Shown in pieces: positions 33,046-45,372 of a stretch of 64,000 nucleotides of DNA. Numbering within the stretch: the first letter of the stretch is position 1; each line of letters begins with the position of its first letter. Below the pieces are notes generated by a model that ran no database searches, was not told where the DNA came from, and saw only the letters and a list, made by a program, of their open reading frames with translations. Origin of the DNA: Paraspadella gotoi (taxonomy: Eukaryota; Animalia; Chaetognatha); the NCBI GenBank assembly GCA_051294375.1, contig CM119267.1, positions 17,958,992 through 18,022,991 on the forward strand, read 5' to 3'. Made by a program: the position numbers and the translations under genes.

Positions 33046-33536
33046 TCACGTGGACGGAATTCGGACTAAAAACGTCTTGATGACCATTGGATATCTTCCC
33101 ACGAATTATTTTGTTACCCAAATTACCGACGAATTCAATTTTTTAAGCCAATTTAAATGAATGATGTTCATTGTTAGGGATATAGTTATTACTCATGACG
33201 TAGGTTCAGTGTGTTTAGACTTAGGAAACCGCGCTCATATTCCTTGTGACCATTTCCCTTCGGGCATTGGCCTGATTGAGACAAAAATGAAAGATTTCTC
33301 CAGTAATATTCCAGAAACGATCGAAAATACCTATTGACCGATGTATTGTGATTTTTAAATTTTATCTTTGCAATTTTACGATCATTGATATCTTTTTTTA
33401 TTGTTGGTTGCGTTTACACTGCACGTGATTCTCTATTTTCACTGGAATTGAATAGCTTGAAAAAATACGTCAAGCTTCTCTGTTGAAATGAAGTTTTTTT
33501 TAAAGAAAGTTTATTTGTTAGGGTTTTTAAGAAACA

Positions 33537-34229
33537 ATGAGGGTCGAACGGTGTTATTTCTGCTCCTCGCCCGTGTACCCCGGTCACGGAATTCAGTTCG
33601 TTCGAAACGATTGCAAGATATTCAGATTTTGTCGCAGGTAAACGCTTGTGAGAAAAGTGAGACTTGGGTGTAGGAAAACAATTCTTTCAAACGCCCCCTC
33701 CCCCCCGTCCGCAGCAAATGTCACAAACTCTTCAAGCGGAAGCGGAATCCTCGCAAGACCAAGTGGACGAAAGCGTTCCGTAAGGCGGCGGGCAAAGACT
33801 TGGCTGTCGACCCCTCTTTCGAATTCGAAAAGAAACGCGACGTTCCTGTCAAATACGATAGAGAACTGTGGACGAAGACGGTGGGAGCGATGAAGCGAAT
33901 CGAAGAGATCAGGATAAAGAGGTGATCACGAAATGGGTCTAACGGGGTTTGGGTTCAATTTGTTTTCACACCGCCACCTCTTATCTTGAAATTCTAGGCA
34001 AAACCAACACATAATAAATCGGCTAAAGAAGGGCAAGGAGGTCCGCAAGTTAGCAGACATTAAAGAGGTGAAAGTGAACATCAACCTGGTCCGACCTCCC
34101 GCGGCTGCGCTAAGTCGGGCGCGCGAGAAAGCCAGGGTTGAAGTCACAATGGAGGAGGAGGAAGAGGAGGAGGAAGATGATTGTGATGAGATGATTATCG
34201 AGGACGGAGGAGAGGTCACTCTGGGTTGA
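33537..34229 (+). CDS. RSL24D1: Ribosome biogenesis protein RLP24 (L24e-like)
   Basis: Three exons. [61 protein letters not shown]...KYDRELW, followed by an acidic tail. Confidence 0.95.
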
Positions 34230-34505
34230 AGGAACCTTCGACAGAATTTGAGGAGAGAAACTTTATCACCTCCTCCTCAGTTGGAGACTACGTCGAGGAG
34301 CGGAAGTCATTTCGCCAATGCTGTACCCTTTTGTAAGAATTTAATTTCATTTGGTTGTACTGTTTCTAAATTGACATATAGGTAAAATTTTCAAAAAATG
34401 TAATATTTGGTTATAGCGAAAGTCTCTGTTAAAACATATTTAGTTGTCGATTAGAAAAACTGATAACTTTAAAAAAAATTTACCCAAAAAATTCTACCTT
34501 TGGCC

Positions 34506-35901
34506 ATGGATTCTTCCCCGGAAGCGGCGGTGCGGCTGACTCGAATTCTGATGGACCACGCTGTTCAGTTAGCGGGACTCATTAACTCAAACGTGCTGGT
34601 CATGGTCGAGGCTCCACCAGAGTCGCGGCACCGCCGGCGACGTCGCTTATGGGCCGCTAACGGGGCGCTCCGCGACGAAATGGTATCCAAAGGAGGTCTG
34701 CAGTTGAACGAAGGGACGGAGGAATTACTGCCAGTCAAGGAGTCAACGAGGGATGAGGTTTACTATTTGGCCGAAGATGAAGCGGTGAGCCAGAATAATA
34801 AGCTTTGACTAAATTCACTTGTTTTCGCGCGCTTCTTAAACCCGTTCTGCCTCTTAGGTCGTCGCCAACGGTTCCCCGTCCCTCTCTGAGGAGGATGATC
34901 CCGAGTACATGGAGTTCTCCATGTCCAACCTCCTCTTTTTCAGCCTCGAAGCCCTAGAAGAGCTTCGACGGGAACGCTCCAAAGAAAACGATGCGTTGCG
35001 GACAAAGTGCGGTCGTCCTCATGCGACCGCCCTCGATCGCGAGGAGCTTGAAAAGTCGCTGAAGCGCTTCCGGATGCTACAGGCGGCCATCGAAGCCAAG
35101 CGTGTCGAGACGGAAAAGAATGGGAAATCCGAGGGCGGCGTCGACGGTCCTTCCACCGTCTCCTCCTCTGCGTCTAAACGTAAGACGTCCGCCATTCTGA
35201 CCGAAGACGCGCCCAAAAAACCTCGCGGAGGCGACAGTTCGGCCGGAGACGGCGTTGTCTGTCTTCGTTGTAAATCGACGGGCCACATCAGTCTAGACTG
35301 TCCTCGTGGAGAAGAGGCCGTCAAGGAGTCGGTGAAAAATGTCCCTGTCGTCGTTAAGAAGGAGATCGCCGCTGCGACGGTAACGGAGCCATCCGATTCG
35401 AAAGACGATAAAACGGAGGCGACTGCTTTGCCGGCCATGACGACTTCGTCCCCAAAGCCATCAATAGAACCGGAGAAACCCATGCCCAAAAAGATAGTCT
35501 GCCATTACTGTCAACAGCCCGGCCACAAAAAGCCCGATTGTTTCAAGATGAAAAACAACCGGATGAAGCCGCCGCTGTCGTCGTCAGGCCTGCTTCCAAT
35601 TCCTCCAAACGTCATTAATCCTATGACCGGCAACGGCCTATTGCCCGTGCCGTCGCCGGTCGGGCCGCCACCTGGCCTGCCCCCGATCAGCGGGCCACCG
35701 CTGGGACCTCCACCGCCTCCGGCAGAAATGGCCGAGAGAGCGCGAATCGAGATGCGCCTCAAAGGCCTGAAGGAGTCGCAAGGGTTGCGGTATTCGTGGT
35801 CTGAAGCGGAGAGGGCGTTCCTCGTAATGACGCAGGACCGTAACATGAAGAACGACCGATTGATCAAGATTAATCGTTTCGACCAGTTGTGGCAGTTGTA
35901 A
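34506..35901 (+). CDS. Uncharacterised protein with two CCHC zinc knuckles and a Pro-rich region
   Basis: Exons 34506-34784 and 34858-35901 join in frame; knuckles CLRCKSTGHISLDC and CHYCQQPGHKKPDC. Confidence 0.8.
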
Positions 35902-36109
35902 GAAGCCTCTTTTACTGGCAATGAATAGAGATGGTGCGACTCTGACCAATTCTACGATTCTTTTGTCTTCGTTTTCATTTTTATACAATTTCCTTTATTT
36001 CGATTGCGTGTAAAATTTTTTTCGTTTTAGTTTCATCGTTTTCATACGTTTTTGATTTTTCAATTAAATGCCATAATATCGTTTTTGTTTTTAAGTTTAA
36101 AAAAAAAAA

Positions 36110-38497
36110 ATGAGCTCATGGGGCATCTCTGTTTCCCTGATAAAAGCGAAGCGCGTCAAGGACGCTCTAGCAGATCGTGGCTTATTGAACGGCGCTCTGA
36201 GACCCACCAAGACGGACGATCGACGCCGCGTCGTTTTTCCGCTCTCCGTTGATTCCGTGGAAGATGCGGAGGCGGCGTTAGCCGACTTGAGAAACGAGGA
36301 TGTCGACTTTATCGAGTTCCAGTTTACGGGCCTCGAGAAACGGGCTTTGCGAAACGAGGACTCGCGAGGAAAAATCGTCAACGCGTTGAGGGCGCTGGAA
36401 GAAGCCGTTGATTTCGAACAAGGTTGGGAGGAAAGAGTTCCCAAATTTTCCTGGGAAAGACATGGTGATCTCCTTGTCTTGCCGTTGGATCCTTGTTTCA
36501 AAGTGAGGTTTCCGTTAAAATTACGGAAATTGATGGTTTTTGTTTTTATTGTCGACTTTTTATTCACTTTCGCTTTGCAGTTTCTTTCCACGCTTGAATT
36601 CTCGTCTTGGTCAACTTACTCTCATTCCATCTTTCTCGCTTATATTTGCCCCGGGTGTCGTCGTCTCGCTGTCGAGAGCCGAGTCGCCGACGACGGGTTC
36701 CGAACGCCAAGGGTGAAGCTCGTGATCGGAGACTCGGGAGTGGTGCGTCACAAGTGAGCCGGGCACGACATCTGTTGTTCGCAGTAAATAGCACTGTTCT
36801 AAAGCGCGGGAAACTATCCTTTTGAATTTTCTTCTCTAGAGATAACGGCGTCATTTACGAATACGACGTCCTTAAATGTATGTTCAGCTCCGGGAACGTT
36901 ACGGAAAAGATCCGCGTCGCCGGATTCCGTTGCGAGGGACAAGTTGTTGTCGATCTTTTCGCGGGCATCGGTTATTTTACTCTACCCTACCTCGTTCATG
37001 CCCGCGCAGAACACGTCTACGCGTGCGAATGGAACCCCGACGCGGTGGACTCTCTAAAGCGTAATTTAAAGATCAACGGAGTCGCTGGTAGGGAAAGGTT
37101 TCGCGGAAAGTTGGTTCTACTTAAAAAAATAAAATTTTAAGTGATCATAAATAATTCTCCCCTCTACACCTAGATCGTTGCACGGTTCTTCCCGGTGACA
37201 ACCGAATCACTTGCCCATCTGCCGTCGCTGATCGCGTCAACCTTGGTCTTCTCCCTTCTGCCGTTGACTCTTATCTCGTTGCAGCACGCGCGTTGAAACC
37301 GTCCCGCACGGATGATGAGACGAGGTGGTTACACGTGCACGCTAATGTCGACGATAATTTAGGTTTGTAGGACATTTTTTTCTTCTTTTTAGTCGATCTG
37401 CTTATCGCAGATTCCGACTCTATAATCCACTTAGTCGGTCCCACCCCAAAATCTTGTCAGTAAATCATTTTTGTCACATTATTATAACATCGAATTATGA
37501 TAAATTATGCAAAAAAATTGTCCGTCTGTCCGTCCGTCACCCTTTAGCATTAAACTCCAATTAATTGGAGTTTAATTTTGGATAGATGGATTGGAATGAA
37601 ATTTTGAGTGTGGGCAGGACAGTGTATGATTAAACTGATTAAGTTTTGATGGAATCGTGTAAGTTGAAATTAATTTAAATGGAAAAAAACAAAAGTAACA
37701 TTCACTTATAATTACTCATAATTATTCTATTTATTCGGAATTGCATAGATAAATTGAGATAAAATTTTGTGTGCGGGTACTGGGAAGAAAAGTGTGTGTT
37801 GAAGCTAGCTATAAAGTTTCGATGGAATCGTGCTCGTGTAAATTAGTTTTAATGGAAAAAACAAAAGTCACATTTACTTTAATTTTATTAAAGTTTCTCT
37901 CTCTTTCTCATAGAAAAAAACATTAATTAGCTAATTGTTAAGTTGACAGATTGATTGATATATTTTTTAATGATTTATAATGTAATGATTTGTTATAAAT
38001 GTAGGGGTAGCACACTATATACATATAATGTAGTGTTTCCCTTTTTGCTATGTAACATAGTCTTTTTAATTTTAAATGACGCAGTTGGGGCGTCGTCGTC
38101 GCCCACGCAAACTATCCACGTTCCATCGTCGTCTTTCGAGTCGCGTTATTGCTCGCCCTCCTCTCGCGGAGTCGACGACGACCGTAATAACGACGATGAC
38201 GTCAACGCCACCCACGCGCTGAATCAAACTTACGAAAACAAAATAGATTTTACCTGCAACAAGGCTTCCGTTCGCCTTTCCTGGTTTCTTTGGGCGTGTC
38301 GAACTCGCGATACCTTTGAAAAATTACTCAACTCCGTTCGTTCAGATATTGATGAACCTTCGGACGAACGGCAATCTTGGAATTGTCGCGTCGCTCACGT
38401 TGAACGCGTAAAATCTTACGGACCGAAAGTGGATCATCTTGTGGTGGACTTGGTATGTTGGAACGATAAGCGAAAACGCATTGAAATTGATCAGTGA
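36110..38497 (+). CDS. TRMT12: tRNA wybutosine-synthesizing protein 2 (TYW2, Met-10+ family)
   Basis: Five exons. SWERHGDL, DGFRTPRV, KCMFSSGNVTEKIRVA, VVVDLFAGIGYFTLPYLVHA, ACEWNPDAV, ADRVNLGLLPS, WLHVHANV, HVERVKSYGPKVDHLVVDL. Confidence 0.92.
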
Positions 38498-38596
38498 GAT
38501 TTATTGTTTGTTTTTCAATGTCAATAATACTGACCTAAAATAATTTATTCTAAATTGTTTGCAATATTTCTTTAAAGTTTTCTGTATAGGACCAAG

Positions 38597-40189
38597 ATGA
38601 AGACAAAAAAAACATTCTTGGCCCTATTGCTTTTGCAATTAGCCAATCTTCTACCTCCAATATATGGCGGAAACGTTATTCTGTTCGGAATACTTACCAA
38701 AAGTCAGTTACTCAGCATGACGCGTATCGGCGAGATCCTGTCCGACGACGGCCACAACGTCACAATCGCCATTTCTGTTAACGACGTGCCTGACTTCAAG
38801 AAATCGCCCAAAATGGACATGATCATATATGAGACGAAAAGTCCTCGCGAGATGGAACAGAAAATGCGAAAGGAGGCCCTAAACATGACTCCAATGAAAA
38901 TGCTTTTCACAGCCAAAAGTGTAGGCATGCCCGATGTCCTCGCTGGCAGATGTCGCGGCGCACTTGGAGACGTAACGCTTCAGGCAAAAATGGAGGAACT
39001 CGAGCTTGACCTTGCTATCGTTCATGTCGGGATGACATGCATCGTCCCCGTATTGAAGCGTTTCGGAATTCCCTATATAGAGTTCTGCTCTGTGCCGATG
39101 TTTCATTTCGCATGCGGTTCTGACCATCGCGTTCCTGCGCCACCGTCTTACGTTCCCGATTTTATGTTGACGGAGGACGAAATGACTTTTCCAGTCAGGG
39201 TTCTTAACTCGTTGCTCTATATGAGTACTCCGTATTTGTTCTCCATGATGTTCGGGGCCGCGAATGAGCCTGTCACCGAGTATCAAAAGCGGCACGGTCT
39301 TGCTCTGGAGTCTTTTAGCGAAATGCGCTCGAGCGCTGTATTTGTAATGGTCCACGGCGACATAACTTTTGAAACGATTCGTCCCTCTATTCCTAAAATA
39401 GTTTACATCGGCGGGGTGCAGTGCGACGACCCCAAGCCGCTGGAGGGGGAATTGGGCGATTTTATCGACGGCGCCAGCAATGCTGGCTTCATAGTGTTTT
39501 CTCTCGGTGGTGCGCTGGACACCGATGCTCTACCACAAAACTTTGTGGAAACTTTTCTCGAGATCTTTAAAAACATCCCACAGCGTGTCGTATGGAAATT
39601 GAAGAGTGTGCCTGAGACTTTATTGCAAAAGGTTCCATCAAATGTAAAAATCGTCAACTGGATGCCACAGCAAGATCTGCTTGGTCATCCCAAAGCTAAG
39701 CTGTTTATCTCCCACGGCGGTATTCAAGGTTCCTTTGAAAGTATTTGTCACGGTAAACCGGTGCTGGGTATCGGTCTGTTTGGAGATCAAGCTATGAACC
39801 TAAGGATTTTAGAAAGGAAAGGAATGGCCCTTACCATCGAGGATTATAAGAACATTAATCCTAAAATTGTCAAAAATCAGATTCTTGAACTATTGACAAA
39901 CCCTCAATATTATAATAGCGCGAAAAAGGCCCAAGAAATTTATAATGATCAGCCATTGACGGCTGCGAAACGTCTACAATTTGCTGCGGGTTATACCATT
40001 CGCCATAAAGGCTCTCTGCATTTGACATCTCATGCGGCTATGAAGCTTCATTGGGTTCAGTACTACCTTATTGACGTCGTTTTATTTTTTGTTGTCAGTC
40101 TTATTGTGACTTGTTTTTTGGGAGTTGTTATTTGCAAAAAATGTTACAGGTTTTGTTGCTCAAAATCGAAAAGGGAAAAATCCGATTAA
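38597..40189 (+). CDS. UDP-glycosyltransferase (UGT/GT1 family), intronless, 530 aa
   Basis: Signal peptide, PPSYVP, UGT signature WMPQQDLLGHPKAKLFISHGG...PVLGIGLFGDQ, WVQYYLIDV, C-terminal TM helix and basic tail. Confidence 0.96.
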   Translation: MKTKKTFLALLLLQLANLLPPIYGGNVILFGILTKSQLLSMTRIGEILSDDGHNVTIAISVNDVPDFKKSPKMDMIIYETKSPREMEQKMRKEALNMTPMKMLFTAKSVGMPDVLAGRCRGALGDVTLQAKMEELELDLAIVHVGMTCIVPVLKRFGIPYIEFCSVPMFHFACGSDHRVPAPPSYVPDFMLTEDEMTFPVRVLNSLLYMSTPYLFSMMFGAANEPVTEYQKRHGLALESFSEMRSSAVFVMVHGDITFETIRPSIPKIVYIGGVQCDDPKPLEGELGDFIDGASNAGFIVFSLGGALDTDALPQNFVETFLEIFKNIPQRVVWKLKSVPETLLQKVPSNVKIVNWMPQQDLLGHPKAKLFISHGGIQGSFESICHGKPVLGIGLFGDQAMNLRILERKGMALTIEDYKNINPKIVKNQILELLTNPQYYNSAKKAQEIYNDQPLTAAKRLQFAAGYTIRHKGSLHLTSHAAMKLHWVQYYLIDVVLFFVVSLIVTCFLGVVICKKCYRFCCSKSKREKSD

Positions 40190-40634
40190 TGGTTCATTTG
40201 TATTATAATTTTGGAACTAAATATTAATTAAATTAATTTGCTGGTTTTTTTTTTGTTTTACATTTGTAGATTTATTTAATTGGTACAACCAATATAAAAA
40301 TTGTTCATAATTAAGCTCTCTTGGGTCAGGTTTTGGTGGGTTAGCGTTAGGCCTTGCAATACCTCTTACAAGATAATAACTTAGGAGGACCCTACATGAT
40401 TTCAATCATGACTTACGGTTTAGATCATGACTATTTTTGTGATTACAAAAATAATTTGCTAGTTATGCATGAAAAAAGTCTGAAGATTTTAATCTTCAGA
40501 CAACTTTTTTGGGGGTTGGAATTTTTGTTAAGTTTGATTTTATTCCTTTATTTTTCATAATGTACATGAAAATTTTATCCATTAAGTTTGAATTTAGATT
40601 ATTTGACCTTAGTATTTTTTAACAAATCTTAACC

Positions 40635-42200
40635 ATGTGGACCAATAAGAACTTCTGGATAATCATTTTATTTTATTTGACATCAAGTCAAATTGTAGAC
40701 TCTGGAAATGTAGTTATCTTTGGAATGTTCACAACGAGTCAGTTGCTCAGCATCACCCGTATTGCCACTTCTTGCCGAAGACGAACATACGGTCACGATG
40801 GTCATCCCATCCAACGACTTGCCAGACATAAAAAAGTCATCGAATTACGATATAATAACTTTTGAGACAGATATTATGTCACGCGAGGCCGAGCAGGGAT
40901 TTCTCAAGTTGGCTCTGTATGCGACGCCTTCGCAAGTATTCACGTTTTTCTCCAAATTATACAATCTTAGTCCTACTGACATGTTTGCCAGCCGATGTCG
41001 AGGCGCATTAAAGGACGAAACTTTAAAGGAGAAATTGATGAATCTCAAACTTGATTTAGCGTCGTCCCGTTGTTGCAGCGACTTTCTATTCCGTTCATTG
41101 AATTCTGTCCATCCCCCTTGTATCATTTTAGTTGTGGAGCGGATCATCGCGTTCCTGCTCCACCATCTTAAGTGCCAGATGGGACTTTCTACGATGATCA
41201 TATGTCATTTTTTGAACGTGTTAAGAATACGATTGTGCATGCAATCGCCCCACATATGTTTCGATTTTTCATGATGAGCAAGGCAGAAACAGAAGTTGGT
41301 GAATATCAATTTCGCCACGGTCTTCCACGCAAGACCATAGCCGAGATGCTGTCTTCGTGCTCATTCATGGAGACCTCACCTTTGAGTCTATCCGTCCCAC
41401 TATTCCGAAGATAGTTTAACTTGGTGGAGTTCAGTGTGATAAACCCCAAGTCATCAGTGGAGAGTTGGGAGAGTTTGTTGCCGGTGCTGGAGATGTAGGT
41501 TTCATAGTTTTTTCATTGGGCGGAGCTCTCGACACTGACGCGTTACCCAGTAGATTCATTGAGACCTTTTTAAAAAATATTTAGCGAAATCCCCCAGCGC
41601 GTCGTTTGGAAGCTCAAAAATGTTCCTCCCAGTTTGAATAAGAAAGTTCCAGAAAATGTCAAAATAGTTGATTGGATGCCGCAGCAAGACCTCTAAGGGC
41701 ATCCGAACGCCAGGTTGTTTATTTCTCACGGAGGAATCCAAGGAACGTTTGAAAGCTTATGCCATGGTAAGGCTGTGCTTGGAATTCCACTCAACGGAGA
41801 TCAAAACCCCAACATTCAAGTCCTAGTGCGAAAAGGGATGGCTCTGATGGTTGAGGATTACCGAATAATGGACTTGAAAGATGTCAAAAAGCAAATTGAT
41901 ATTCTTTTGAACGACCCCATTTATGATCAAAATGCCGTCAAGGCAAGGGACCTTTACCTCGATCAACCGTTGTCAGCTGCGGAACGACTTCAATTCGCTG
42001 TGAGATATGCAATTCGCCACAAAGGTTCTATGCGTTTAACATCTCAGGCGGCTATGAAGCTAAGCTGGTTTCAGTATTATCTCATAGACGTTTTCTTATT
42101 TTTGTTTCTTTGCGGGATTGGGATTTTAAAAGTCATATGTTTTATATTTCGTAGCTGTTGCAGATGTCTTACACAGTCTAAAAAGCTAAAAAAGAATTAG
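40635..42200 (+). pseudogene. Tandem UGT paralogue, disrupted
   Basis: Collinear with the upstream UGT, but with frameshifts or deletions (~40768, ~41061, ~41350, ~41575) and an in-frame TAA at 41694 inside the signature (QQDL*GHP). Confidence 0.85.
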
Positions 42201-42712
42201 TAGCTAAAAACATGATGGTTCTGATTTTGTTTAACATCTCGTATTTTTTCTCTAAAAAACCGTAAAAAAATCACCCCAATACATTGGCCATAATTAATTT
42301 TTTTTACATTACTTACATATTATATACTCCGCTTTTTGTGACCCTTAAAATTAGCGGCATTCGTCTTTTGAATTCATATTTCATGATTATATCTTTTACG
42401 TTTGTTGATTAGTTTCTTCACTCTACATCTATATTTGTGTTCTGGATAAAATTGTTGAATTGATTATGTAGATTTTAGTATGATTTGTTTGCCTTTTTAA
42501 CCTTTTTGGTATCCCCGGCTTTTGGTGTCCACTCACTACAGAAAAAGAGTTTTTTTGGCTCATTGTTTTGTTTCTAACAAGTATACACTGGTTTTTGTTT
42601 CAAAATTTACATTGTGCTTTGTGCAAAATTTGGTACTTTTACCAAGAGAAATAATAAAAGAAGATGCCCTATGTTTTTTTATCCAACAGATATTTTATGA
42701 TCAACTTTGACA

Positions 42713-45372
42713 ATGAGCGACGTTTACGTTTACATTTACGACTTGACTAAAGGGATGGCGCGAGCTATGTCCATGTCTCTTTTAGGTGATAATCACTCAC
42801 TAATAGTGAGTCACTATTCTTCTTAATTTTGATAAACATAATCAAAATTTTTTATTCGTCCTGAAGGCAAACAGTTGGAAGGCGTCTGGCACACCGGCAT
42901 CGTCGTCTTTGGGACCGAATGGTACTTCGGCGGCGGCGGGATCGGCAATTGTCCGCCCTGCGGCACGATTCTTGGACAACCGGAGGAAAAAAAGTTTTTG
43001 GGCCGCACGCACGTTTCGCCCACGGACTTTCAAACATACCTCTTCAACCTCTCCCAAACGAGGTTCCGCCCCAACGACTACCATCTCATTCGAAACAACT
43101 GCAACAACTTCTCCGACGAGGTCGCGCAGTTCCTCACGGGAACAAAAATTCCGGCGCACATCACCGGCCTTCCGCAGGTTGGAACCATGCCTGAAGGGGG
43201 GAAACAAGCTGCGACTTTTCTACTTAAATCGAGAGAGAGAGAGAGAATAGTCTACGTATTTGCTCTGTGGAATGTAGATTTCTTTTAGGAGGTTCTCGAC
43301 ACTCCCTTTGGTCGGATGATCATGCCGATGTTGGAACAAATGACCGTCGACCCGGGCACCAACAGAACGCTTTTTGGACATCCACCAAGTCAGTAACCGG
43401 ATTTTTATTCTTTTATGCACGACCTACAGTAGGTCTGTCCGTGTGTCTGTCGGTAGAAAGTGAATGTATTACATATTAAAGGCGTAGTGAAAGTTACATA
43501 CGAAAATTCTAAAAGTCAATTATGAACAACATACCATCAGTGAACAATTAATTTGTAAAAAAAATTAATTTTATGTTTTTTAATTTTCGCAGAAGGCTAT
43601 ATTTATATATAGTACTATCCTTATAAAATCGAAAATTTCAAAATAGACTTTTCTTAATTTTGATTGCAGATTTGAATTCCTCGTCAAAATATTGTGAAAG
43701 AAAATTAATTCATTTTTTAAAAATTCTTTCATTAAGTGGGTTAAAAATTAAAAAAAACTATATTTAATATGTAAAAAGTTAATTTTCAGCTTAAAATATA
43801 GCTTTTTCTAATTTTTTACCCACTTAATGAAGGAATTTTTCAAAAGAGTTATATTTCTTTTTATCAACTTTTTATGACGAATCCAAATCTGCAAAAAATT
43901 CTTCAAAAAAACTGTTTTGAAATTTTAACATTTATTGGTTTAGTACTAGTATAAATATTGCCTACTGCGTAAATTGTAAAATTTATTATAAATTTTTTTA
44001 TACATAAATGTTCATAAGTATAATGTTGTTCGTTCCTCACTTTTAGAATTTTAATTAAAGTTAAACTTAGGAATTATACTACGCCTTAATTACATATGTT
44101 TCTAGGAAAACGGGAAATGAGAAGGGGACAGAAATTTTTTTTTTTCTGAAAGTAAATGTATGTATAGTATACGTCAGAATAAAAGGTGCTAATGATATGA
44201 TTGATACGTATACATATGTATATGTTAAAAATATTGCTGTATAGAGCGAAAATATTATTCAAGCGCAAGCCATTGTGATGACACACGAGTTCGTTTCTTG
44301 TTCATCCGCCGCCCGATAGTTCAACACACAACCACCTCAGGCAGGCATTCCGAACGATCTGACGGTAACCTCGATTCCGCTCGCAGCGTTCCGGTGCTTC
44401 ATCCGCTGGCAAAAGTCTTGAGGGAAAAAGCGTGGAGATCTCTCGGCCGGCGATAGAGCTGGCCGTAGAGAGAATCAAGGGTGCGATCTCACCCGAGGAG
44501 GGTCAAGTCGTCGAAGAAATTCGCGTCAGTTTTTACATCCTTCAACTCAGCCCTTTTCCTTCGCGTCAACGATTCTCTCCCCCTCGTCTCTAGGAATTTT
44601 GCTCGATTCCTCTGAACGAACTATCGACTGGACGTTGGGTCGACCCCACTTTAATCTCCTCGTCTCCGCCGTCTCTTCCTCTTCCGCCTCCTCGGCCGCC
44701 GCCGACCTGCTCGCGGCCGCCTTGCGACGTGAAGAGGTCGTTGCCATGGCGACTCGAGACCCGAACCGTCAGTTGCGCCGTCTGACGGCGTCTTTGGGAG
44801 AAGGCGGCAACGACGACGTTATCCGGGTTTTGGCGAACTTAACCGCGCACGAGGCACAGTGGGGTTGGATGCTCTCGAGGGAAGAGATCGAGGGGAATAC
44901 GAAGACCACGCCCTTCACCGTCTTGACCGGGTTGTTGGGCCGGGTTGTCGAAAAATGCCTCGGAAGGGATAGTTTGTGCCATCTCTCCATTATTTGTTTT
45001 AACACGAGTTTAGGTATATTTTTATTTCAAAAAATGAACATAAAATGCATATTAACATAATTTTATTTGGTTTCAGGCGTTCGACAGCTTTCTAAAGACA
45101 CTACTTCCTCTAATTTTGTCACCACTGACTCCTTGGAACTCGTACCTCCAATTCTGGAATATCTCGTACAGCTGCAGATGCCACAGCCCAACGCTCCTTC
45201 TGTACAAGAAAACGATCTCACGACAATCGAAGCTTTCGTAGAAACGCTTGGCGTTCTGTCGCGCGTAAACGACGACGTCAAGATGCTGGTCATGTCTTAC
45301 GGCGTCGACGCTGAGATCGTTGGAAGCCGAGCGCCCAAAGCCGCGCGATTGGCTGGAAACTTGTTCGGGTGA
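42713..45372 (+). CDS. DESI1: DeSI-1/PPPDE desumoylating isopeptidase with a probable C-terminal helical extension
   Basis: MSDVYVYIYDLTKGMAR...EGVWHTGIVVFG (catalytic His)...YHLIRNNCNNFS (catalytic Cys)...IPAHITGLPQEVLDTPFG. Downstream exons at ~44387-45372 look coding, but the junction after ~43388 is unresolved. Confidence 0.8.
43476..44089. mobile_element. Fold-back MITE (~610 bp, palindromic along its length) in a DESI intron
   Basis: Ends ttaaaggcgtagt / actacgccttaa. Nested internal inverted matches include ttgcagatttg/caaatctgcaa, ttcattaagtgggt/acccacttaatgaa and cgcagaaggctatattt/aaatattgcctactgcg. Confidence 0.85.

Noticed and set aside
34909-35901. Retrotransposon gag
   Set aside because: The gene is spliced, the knuckles are widely spaced, and no pol, LTRs or capsid-like region is evident
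35896-36112. CCHC-TYW2 splice fusion via GTAAGA at the stop codon
   Set aside because: It is out of frame with the acceptor at 36095 as assembled, although the intervening poly-A length could be wrong
44594-44601. DESI as a pseudogene
   Set aside because: The catalytic domain is intact, and the apparent frameshift sits in a T homopolymer in an assembly with evident indel noise
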